DNA of 64,000 nt from Spizellomyces punctatus DAOM BR117. Lineage: Eukaryota. Location: NCBI GenBank assembly GCA_000182565.2, contig KQ257467.1; one strand, given 5' to 3'. A program made the translations under genes and the position numbers. Within the stretch, counting starts at the first letter, position 1; each line of letters starts with the position of its first letter. Of the stretch, positions 10,701 through 20,350 are shown one piece after another. A model generated the notes under the pieces. That model had not been told where the DNA came from. It made no database searches and was given only the letters and a program-made list of their open reading frames with translations.

Positions 10701-13700
10701 TGAAAGGCAGGCCTTCGAGGTATGGGCGGAGTTTTCCGAGGCCCCAAATGAGGCATCCGGCCTCGAGTTCGACAGGTGGGGCCTTCTTTTCCGAGGTGGT
10801 GGTGCCTCGGGAATGGTAGCACAGTGGGCGTTTAGAAGCATCCGGCTGTAACTGTTCGAGCGTGACATTAAACGCTGTGTAGGAAGCGTCACTGTGAAGG
10901 GTGTAGGGGAACCCTTTTCTGGGTGCCGCAAGCACTGGAGCTGTTGTCAGAGCCTGCTTGGCGGCTGCAAAGGCAGAGTTTTGGGAGTCGGTCCATGAAA
11001 CTTCACGCTTCGCGACGAATCTGTGCAGACCTTGGTCGGGGCGCTTGCGAGCAAGGCGTCTGACACAAAAGGGGTCAATGGGCAAGTCGGCCAGCAATGA
11101 TTGGCGTAGATTGACCGCCGGTAGGTCTGAGGAGCTAGATTTAAGATGTTGCGAAACCTCAAATCAGGCTCCGGTTGCTGTGATTGTTGGGGCCACTGCC
11201 GTGTCAAGCATGGATGGTGAATTGAGCTTTTCAGCTCCTTTCCTTGGGTCAGCGCGACCCTTTTTAAGGTCTCGGTATTCACGAACGCCCTCTTGGATAG
11301 CGTCTTGCAGGGGTCGGACGAGTTCCGCGTAGCGAGGGATGAATTGGGCATAGAACCCAAGGAGACCCACGAAGGACCATAGGTCACCAATAAATTTAGG
11401 TCATGGCCAATCGACTATGGTTGCGACCTTGTCTGGATCGGTAGCGAGGCCCTGGGAAGAGGCAACGAAACCGAGGGCCGTGAGCTGGTGAAAGAGCCAT
11501 TGACACTTGTCGAGTCTTAGGGTGAGTTTGGCCCTGGAAAAGCGGTCGAGCCAGTCCGCGATGGCATCTAGGGCTTCCGCGGCTGTCTCCGCTCGTGTAT
11601 GGATATCGTTGACGAAGTTGTTGATATTTCGCCATTTGGAGGGACCCAAGGTGTCGTCCATCACCCGACAGAAGTGCGAGGGGGCAGTCTTGGGTCCGAA
11701 GGGCATGAAAAGTGGTTTGTAGATGCCATCGTGGAGTCTGATCGCGAGCCATTTGCGTACCGACGTATCAGTGATGGCGATTTGGTAAAATCCTTTGTTT
11801 GCGTCACCTCCCGATATGTATCGGAATGGGACTGCGATGATCCAGTTCAGGATGTCGAGCATGATGGGAAAGGGATATGGATCCCAGGCCATGCAGTCGT
11901 TGGCTCGGCGATAGTCGAAGGCTACCCGCGGGGGTTTGTCTGTGTAGCGAATAATAACAGGATCGCTGGCGAAGGTTACTTCGGTGGTTCGTTTCCACCT
12001 CTGAAGCCCCATCATGGTGTCTCGCTCCGTCTCGAGGGCTGTCCGCTCCAATGGAGAGTACGACCGTGGCCTCGAAAGGGGTGGCGGAGCCGAGATAAAT
12101 CGAGGCACATAAGGAATCTTGGTGTAGTTCCCTATGAGATGACCCTCATAGCTGAAGGCTTGATGGAAGTGTTGTAGAATGTTGATTAGGGCCCAGACCA
12201 CGGGTTTGGGTTGTTTGAGATCGACGTGGAAACGTTCCGCATCTTTTAATTGGGCTTTGAAGGCCCCTGGAGCCTTCTCTGTAGAGTTGAGGTTCCATTT
12301 GTTCCGAAGTGTCTGCCATTCTTCTTCGGAAATGTTCTCTTCGGGGTCCGCGACCGAATTATGGGTCGCGGTGGACAGTTTGAGGCCTAACGGGGCCGTT
12401 GTGCTAGCTGCGGTGGCATCAAGAGGGTTTTCGATGAGGAAAGTTTGGGCTGCCACGCGTGTCTGTCCCGTGATTAACATGGTTAATCTAGACTTCTGAG
12501 CTTTGGCTTTGGTCAGCCGTGGCATTGACACATCCTTCATGAATTCACCCTGCTTGGTTTTGTATGGCGTGCCGCGCATGTGATCGGTATCCAGCTCATC
12601 TGTTATGGAGCAGGGGATAAGGATGTCTGGATTCTTGAGCATCACCACGAAACTGGGTAACGGGGGTTCCTGAACCAAGGTTTGGAGTTTCAAATGTCCC
12701 AAAACGTCGTTGGCTAGGATGATGAGAGGTTTCCCGTATGCGATGACCCGAAAGTAGGCGCGGAAAGTCAGGTATTCTCCGCCGCGGCCTCTGAGGGAAG
12801 TTTCGAGGCATACTGTCTTGGTAGATGAGATACGTCCACCAATGCCATTGAAAGCCATCGTTTCCACATCCTGCAAATCGGTTTCGGAGAACAGAAGGCC
12901 TTGGTATGTGTCGGAAATCAGAGACTCGCAGGCCCCTGTGTCTAGTACCACAGGTGCCCAGAGCTGTGCGATGACGGCTAGCGTCCAGCAAGGCTGCGTT
13001 TGGGTCTTAGTCTGGCTTTTGAGTACATCGCCTAAATCTACTGAGTAGAAGGCGTTGATAGAAGGCACCGCGATCTCGAAATGGGGCGCGATGTCGTTAA
13101 TTGTTGCTTCCGTAGCCTTGATCACACTCTCAAAGTGTTCTCTAGTTTTGTTGTTTTGTGGTTTTGTTGTTTTATTCTGGCAAGCAACTTGTTCGATAGC
13201 CAGCATGACTATACGCGTCCGTTCGCTCTCTTCGTGTCTTTGGAGACGTGGATGGTCTTTAACGTGCCGAAATTTGGGGTTTCCGCGATGATAATAATAG
13301 TCTGAGCGAACGATATTGCCTGTCAGGAGAAATGCCACCAGTTGCAGGTTGGCGTATGCTTCAAAGATAACAGGATCTTCAGAGCTCCACATCAAGAATT
13401 TCTCGCACTCGTCGAGCTTTATCCAGGCAAGGAGAATCAAACGAGGGGTACCGTCTTCTCGGACCTTTCGCAGGATTTGATCCTTGTCAGCTTCGGCTGC
13501 GGCAGCGATGTAGAGGTGGTGGGAACTCCACGCAACTGCGTAGGGGTCGTTCCCGAGGTGCCCGGCGCCTCGCTTCGGTTCTTTGGCAAAGAAGCTGAGC
13601 GCGCGGGGGTTGTTGCCCATCATCAGAGCCACTTGCAGGGTACCCCAGATGATGGCTATGTTGTCCCAGACTCGGTCCCAGCCCTGCGTGGGCGTGCGGG

Positions 13701-15213
13701 GGTCCTCTTCCTTGGTCACCGTGACCTTGGAAAGAGGTGCGGTCATCAAAATTGTTGATTCCGAGTGCTTGGGTGAATGAAAGAACCCGATGGTGTGGAA
13801 TCCTTGATTAGCGGCTTCCGTTCTTTCCAGTTCCGAAGCCGAAAAAAGAGTCTCGGTGGTAGTGGACGTCGAGTCCAGCTCCACTATGTACGCCTTCTTC
13901 GATTCCTGTTTGGGTTTCCAACCTGAGGGCATGGGTGCTCCATATGGTCCTTTCTTTCCATCTTCAGGATCTTTTCGGTTCGGGTTCTGCCAGCAGAAAA
14001 CATTCCAATGCTTTTTCTGACAGAATTTGCAGGGTGCCGGTGGTTCCTTGTTGGGGTCCGGAACCATCTTCTGAGGACCATCGTGACCCTTTTTGGGGTT
14101 TCCGGTTTTATGCGGAGCCGTCTGCTTAGGGCCTTTGTTGGTTCCGGTCTTTTGTGACTTCTTCTGAGCTTCTGCAGCACCGCTGTAGCAAGGGTCTCAT
14201 TTTCTGGTGTCATCAGAGCCGAAATAAAGGCGCAGGAAGTCTTTTAATTTGGTCAGGTTCGTGACGTTACAGGATTTGACCATGATTTGGATGTTGCTGG
14301 GCAATTGTTCGACTATTAGGTCGAAATGCTGGTCAGCGGGACATTCTATGTTTGCCCGGTCGCCATAAGCGAGGCGCTGGAGATGAGTTTTGTGGTCGAT
14401 GAACACGAGAAAGCTGCGAAATTCTTTGGGGTTCGCATGGCAGCGCACATATTCGGTTTTGCGCTTGGACTCGGTTAGGGGATCTCGGAACTCTCGAAGC
14501 AGTTCCTCTTTCCACCTTTTCCAGGTCCATGAGCGAGTTTCCTGGGCTTCCAGAGTGTAAAACCAAGCGTCAGCAGGGGTTTTCTCGGCTATCATGGCTG
14601 GTAGGAGCTGTACCATCCTGGCATCCGACGTTGCGCTAACGTTTTGAAGAAGTTGGACTTTGTTAAGCCATTCTTCAATGTCTTGGTTTCTTCTGCCCAT
14701 AAACTCGGGTACGTCCTTTGCTTTCAAGGAATCGACCTTGGTGTCGCTGGCCCACGGGGCCGCTGGCACTTGGATTGGAGGCACCGCACCTGAAAAACTT
14801 GGTTTGGTACGCTCCCTTGGTGTGTCCGCCGTTTCCCACGGGGTTGCGGACCGTTCTCTTGTAGCTCGTGCTATGGGAGGTTGTTCAGGCAGCGGGCGAT
14901 GCGCTAGGGCTTCTAAGGCTCATGCGAGGCGCTCATCCGCCGCTGTCTGACGTTCGGAAAGCCTATGAAGCTGTTCCGTAAGGTTTTGAGTTGCCAACTG
15001 CATTGCAGCAGTCGAGCGGGCAATGTCTTCTTTTAACGCTGCCACTTCAGAGGCCATTGTGGCCAAGTTAGGGGCTTCCGGTTCGACGGAAGTGGTCCCT
15101 GAACGCCTTGGGCATGTTGCGGGAGGGACTTCGACGTCCTCCGCAGGACCCTGACTACGAGTCTGGATCACAGGTGAGCGGCCTCGCGTTGGTGAGCGTT
15201 CGACCGGCATCAT
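7735..15213 (-). pseudogene. Single-frame Gag-Pol-chromodomain-extension polyprotein of element B (~2,492 aa), interrupted by five TGA codons
   Basis: Track ORFs 14920-15312, 14197-14784, 11401-14067, 11164-11370, 9343-11097 and 7735-9339 share one frame and are separated only by single TGA codons. Motifs: capsid-like IEEWL..W..WK, CKFCQKKHWNVFC knuckle, LDTGA, FDYRRAN, FVND (YxDD position), SDAS, TDH, GHFG..CETC, SDRD, GQSER, chromodomain FEVEAIVDH..W.GY..TWEP. Confidence 0.9.
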
Positions 15214-15350
15214 TCTCGGTTTCGTGAAGTTCTGTCTCTGAAATGAGAGAAAAGGTTTCCGAGTAGCTACCTGAGTGGATCTTGGTTTGCGCAAGAGTTT
15301 TGGTACGACCAAATAAGGTTTTCAGCTGAATTTGAGAGGGGAAGGCGGTT

Positions 15351-15368
15351 CGTCGCGCTTCTCCACCA
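15351..15368 (-). other. Primer binding site, complementary to a tRNA 3' end (tRNA-Ala type)
   Basis: Minus strand TGGTGGAGAAGCGCG directly after the 5' LTR. Its complement ...CUUCUCCACCA fits the eukaryotic tRNA-Ala acceptor end (..UCCACCA). tRNA identity is inferred. Confidence 0.75.
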
Positions 15369-15968
15369 TGTAGCGGATTTTTTGTTGGTAGACTACGGTA
15401 AAGATGACTTGGGTCTCCTAGCAGGTTATGTGGGTGGCCATACTAGGAATCATAGTCTCCGAATCCTTTCTTTGGGCGTCGGTAGCGACTTGGGGGCGAG
15501 AGGCAAGGAGAGTCGGTTAGTTGTGAACCGAGCAGGATTTAGAGGCTTCGGTACGGGTGATCAGGCCGTTGAAGCGCTCTGTTAGGTTCCTGTTAACCTA
15601 AGATTGGAGTTGAGAAGTGAGTTATGGGGATTTTGTGTCGCTACGGCTTCTGCCCCCGACTTATTTTATTGAATACATCCTTTTTATACAAGATTCTTGG
15701 ATAAACTGTTAAACTAAACTAAACTAATGGGTGTCGCTGCACCGCAACTGATTTATTGGTGGCGGTACCGATCTCTTCCTTTTCTGCACTGGCTCGAGCC
15801 TCCACAGGTTGTACGAGGCACGCTGAAATCTAATGCGCCAATTGCCATTCTCCGAACCGGTTTTTTTGGTCGCGGTAACCCAATCGGTGGAGTTGGTCAC
15901 GCGATTCGTGCTTCCCGCGTCCGATTTGGGCTTACTCGCGATCTCTCGAAGACGTCCTCATCATTACA
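15369..15968 (-). repeat. 5' LTR of element B
   Basis: Direct repeat of 7078-7677, flanked by the PBS on the inside and TSD GTAT on the outside. Confidence 0.97.
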
Positions 15969-17665
15969 GTATGCTATTCTCTTATATAGGTCTAGTCTAC
16001 TATTGTAAGAACCACTAGGGAATATAGGAGCAGCTAAAAAGAAATATACACACATATGGCACAGTGGAATATGCCTATCAGTGATGCCACTTGGAGGGCT
16101 ATTAGCCTATAACTGCTGTAATAACCTTATGGCATATATTTCTTTGCTCAGCTTAAACCAATTGGTTATTAGATTCTTACTTTAGAGCAAGTAATAACTG
16201 GTAATACTCTGATTATTATGTAGTTCCCTAATCACTGATGAGGTATCTGGTTAGATTAAGGTTAGCCATGCAATTAATCACAACATCATGCCACATCCCA
16301 TTATAACTGCTGATATTATGGACTCAAATCTTTGCAAGTTATATAAATCTTGTAGTGGATTAAAAATGCCTCCTATATATCAGGGTATACATAATATAGT
16401 TGATAGAGATATTTCTATAAAATACAAATACTTGCATATCCATATTTGCCTTCTGTCTTATTATATATTGGATCTTCTGTCAAGTGCATTGCATGCACGG
16501 TAGGCGGTCCACACAACTCGCACAGATCTGGTACGGATCACGTGAATGTTCCTCAAACGCGTCCAGTCCCGCCGTCGTCATCTTGAGACGTCAGCCTTAA
16601 CCAGCCTGGCTGATTTGGGTGAGCCTTCCTCAAGGAACAAGCCAACATCCGCATTACAATCCATATCAGCTGGATGGCTTTTGGATTGAGGTGCCATAGG
16701 AACGCCAAACTCACAGCAAAATTTGTCTGGCACGCCAAGCACATTTGTTTAGGAAAGGAGCAAACGATGGGGGAGCCGATTAGAGTAGAGGCTGGTCAGT
16801 TGACGGTCATGCTAAACTTCAAATACGTATTTAATCTTATAGACCAGTTGGAATACCAGGCGATTTTGCTGTTCGTCTCACACCAGGCAGTAATGCTACA
16901 TGTATTGCTGATAGGCACGGCTTCGTATGCATCGTGAGTACACAACATTGCGACGGCTGTGTGTGGTGGTGGACCTGCAATCACATATTTACTCTTTCCA
17001 GGGTCAAATAGGAGAACTAGTGAACCACTACATCTTCCGGCCGCATGACGCTTCACAGGATCCACTTCGACTTGAACAGGTTCTCGTAACCCTTCCGGAA
17101 GTTGAATATGTGGAAAGGCAGGTCAAAGCGCCACGTAGTAAAAGGGGTTGAGAGGACGTGAATTTCCAGCGGCAATAAACCAAATATTTGAGCATAGGTT
17201 CCTCTAATTCGGTTATAAGTTCCCTCTGCCGCGTTTCCCTCTGCCTCTCGTACACCGAGGGCCAAGAAGCGGCCCTTTCTTTTTCTTCTTTATTGGTTTC
17301 GCGCCTTTCCCTGTCCTTCCCTTGCCGCGTTTGAACGGTGATTTCCCATATCGCGGTGTGGCCAAAACCGCACAACTAACGAAAACTGCAGCCAAGAGCA
17401 TAACGACTGCTAAATGCTTAGAGGATGTCCAATAATGGAATGCCCCATTCGCTGTTTCAACCATCGGGAATTTAGGGCATTTAGCGATCTGGTAGAACGA
17501 CCATCTTTTCCTAGTTGGCTGGCCGGAAAATCATGTGATTCACTTGAATCATCACTATGGCAACCCGGCTAACTGAACTTTGCAAGCACCCGCAGGTGGG
17601 GAGGCTTGCAAGGCAAACGCGCGGCTCTCATCATTTGGAACAATTCCAGCAGAACAACTACCGCC

Positions 17666-19108
17666 ATGCTCGCCGTTCGGTCACTCCCCCGTGTTGCCAG
17701 TGCCGCTACTGGGTAAGAGAGTGGATAAAAGATGCGCATTAGTTTTGGTAGGAGTGCGGGAGCCGCCTGAACAAGAGTGGAAAATTTTCATTCAATGGTG
17801 CTCTGGGGAAGAGATGTAGCGTTAGAAATGTTTGGAACATGGCCCTTGTTACTCCGTCGATAGCTGGGGAGTATGGTGCATTCGAACGACCGCTTGCTAA
17901 CGATGCTGTCGTTGTGACCTTTAGTCAACCGGCGATTTCGTTTGGCGTTCAAACTCGTAACATGGCAACTTTGAAAGAGAGTGAGTGATATGAGAGACTT
18001 TGAAGTCTAAGAATATTACTGACCACATTCATCTCTACAGTCTCCGTTCGATTGAAGTCTGTGTCGAACATTGCCAAAATTACAAAGTCAATGAAGATGA
18101 TTGCCTCTACAAAGGTTACCAAGGCACAGCGGGTGATGGAAACCGCTCGGGTGTACGGTAACTCTGCCACAGGTACGGAACGTTGGGTGGGCTAGATTCC
18201 AGTCACAAGCACCTTGTTGGTTATTCATCTAAATACCCGACAACACAGCTCTCTACCAGCATACTGGTACGTCGACCAACGAAGAAAGTGGCAAGCCCTT
18301 GGTCGTCGTTGTATCCTCGGATCGTGGATTGTGTGGAGGTATCCACAGTTCATTATCCAAAACCACCCGGAAGTATTTGTCTGCCCATCCCGAGGCTGCG
18401 CTAGCAATCTTGGGTCAGAAGGCCAAGGCGCAGCTGCAGCGTGACAGCCGTCAGCAGATTGTTGTGACTTTCGACAGTGTCGCAAAGAACCTGCCTACGT
18501 GGACCGAAGCGGCTCTGATTGCGGATGAGATCTTGAAGACGGGAATCGAGTTCGAGACTGCCAATATCATTTACAATAAGTTCAAATCTGTTATTGCATT
18601 TGACACCGTCATTGTTCCTGTTCACTCGTACAAAGCGCTTTTGGAGTCTCGTAAGTTTACATTGTTTGGCGGGATTTGTTGTAACAAATTGGAAAGGCAA
18701 TTTCTCATGTGGTGCGATGCTGTTAGCCAAATTGTCTGCCTACGAGGTGGAAGACCCCGTGCTGAAGAACTACGAGGAGTTTACTTTGGCCAACACCGTT
18801 TTCTGGGGTATTGCTGAGGGGAATGCATCCGAAATGGCGGCCAAGCGTACGGCCATGGAGAACGCTACAAAAAATGCTGGTGAGACCCTTTTTTTTTCTA
18901 TTTCTTGTATTTGCACCGGTTTGATACTAAGAATTGCCGTACTCTTCCAGGCGAGATGATCCAGAAGTTGACTTTGACCTACAACCGCTCTCGTCAAGCT
19001 ACTATCACAAACGAACTGGTAAGTGGTTTGTGTGCATTCTGCCGCTACCCACATTCTGACATGAGGTTTCCCAAGATTGACATTATCACTGGTGCCATGG
19101 CCGTTTAA
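17666..19108 (+). CDS. ATP3: Mitochondrial F1 ATP synthase gamma subunit (multi-exon)
   Basis: Presequence MLAVRSLPRVASAA; mature N-terminus ATLKEISVRLKSVSNIAKITKSMKMIA; SSDRGLCGGIH; SEMAAKRTAMENATKNA; YNRSRQATITNEL; IDIITGAMAV*. GT-AG introns. Confidence 0.97.
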
Positions 19109-19326
19109 ACCCGGGTAGTGGGATGTATACCTTTATTAAGCATGAATGGTGGGCCTCTAGATCAAATAGACTGTGGTGGTCCATCATGAAGTAACATAAC
19201 AACTACCTATGAGCCTCTTCTCATTATGACTCCGAGCACATGTAATCGAAACTTCAGTCATCACAAGCGTCGTCTATGTAGTATAGGCTTTGCATGAAAA
19301 AGTGGCTCGCGTCGAGCGTCCCTGCG

Positions 19327-19997
19327 TCACCGACACAAATGACATCTCCAGGTTCCTGTTAAAAGAAGCGTGAAGATTTTGCAGAACCACAACGTGAAGG
19401 AAAGGCAAAGACCTTTGGGTATTTTCTTTAGTGGTGGAGTGGTACAATAGGTATGAAACCCGCGATCACAGTCATCACAGAGTATGGTCATGGACTGTGG
19501 AAGAGAAATCGATTCGACCTCAGTACGTTGGTCCTTCCCTATTTCAGCGGGTTCTAACCTCGTTGCCCACTTCCTTACACACGACACAGCATTTGCAATC
19601 TCGACATTCCCAGTGATAGATCATCACATTTCGCGTTGCCTTGACGGAGAGATGTAAACATGAAGGGTGATCTGATAAATCTAGTGTTACGGCTCGGCTC
19701 CACTTGCCCAGGAATCTTCGGGCAATCTTACCACTCAAACTACAATTACTACAGCTCACTAGCTGCTCTGGAAAGCCATAAGCATTCTGATCTTCGGTCC
19801 CTCCGCACTGGAGACAAAAAGGACTATGGGATTGGTCAACATGTGTTGGTGACAGCGTCCAGTGGGTAGTGTCGCCACACTGTGCACCTTTTCAATGACG
19901 AGCCAGTAGGAACAAGAGCTGCGTCTGACTGGCTACGAGCATCCGTTATGTTCAAAGCGACATTTCCAGTGTTCGTCCTCTGTGTTTCTTGAGTCAT
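19327..19997 (-). CDS. Small stand-alone double PHD finger (DPF-type) protein, ~140-150 aa, 5 exons
   Basis: Spliced reading MTQETQ...PFCLQCGGTEDQNAYGFPEQLVSCSNCSLSDHPSCL...WECRDCKCCVVCKEVGNE..ILCDDCDRGFHTYCTTPPLKKIPKGTWRCHLCR*. The start codon is inferred. Confidence 0.8.
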
Positions 19998-20350
19998 CTG
20001 GTCCACAAGAGCGGAAGTGGAAAGTTGGGAGTTGGCTTACTCCACACTGGGGCACGTGACTAATAGGTAAATGAGGTACACAGCCCCGGCGGATCCCGCT
20101 GCTGACGTCCTCGTCGATTACCTCCGATCCCTCCTTCAAGTTTGTGGGGACTGAGCTTGGGGACCTGAAAGCTCACCACAAACAGTCTGCACCCCTGCAC
20201 CCTTAATAGATATTTTTTTGAAATAGCAATTTGTGCTTCAGATCTATCAACCCCCTACATCCAGCGACAGTGGACATGGCTTCCGCATCGGACAGCCATC
20301 CTCTTTTTTTCAGTAGGTGTATGCAACTGCTTTCTATCTGGTTGTATACC

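Larger units (their letters stand above)
7078..15968 (-). mobile_element. Complete Ty3/Gypsy chromodomain LTR retrotransposon B (8,891 bp)
   Basis: Two 600-bp LTRs (7078-7677, 15369-15968) with 14 differences by eye, 4-bp TSD GTAT (7074-7077 and 15969-15972), PBS next to the right LTR, PPT next to the left LTR, gag-PR-RT-RH-IN-chromo on the minus strand. Confidence 0.97.

Noticed and set aside
9343-14922. TGA recoding (selenocysteine or an alternative genetic code) to explain the in-frame TGAs
   Set aside because: Host genes here end in TGA (TPS2, TFC3, VPS68, striatin). CGA-to-TGA decay fits the CpG mutation spectrum seen between the LTRs.
16500-17500. Possible gene between the TE block and ATP3
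   Set aside because: Only short, inconsistent ORFs on both strands, with no recognisable domain or coherent splice model.
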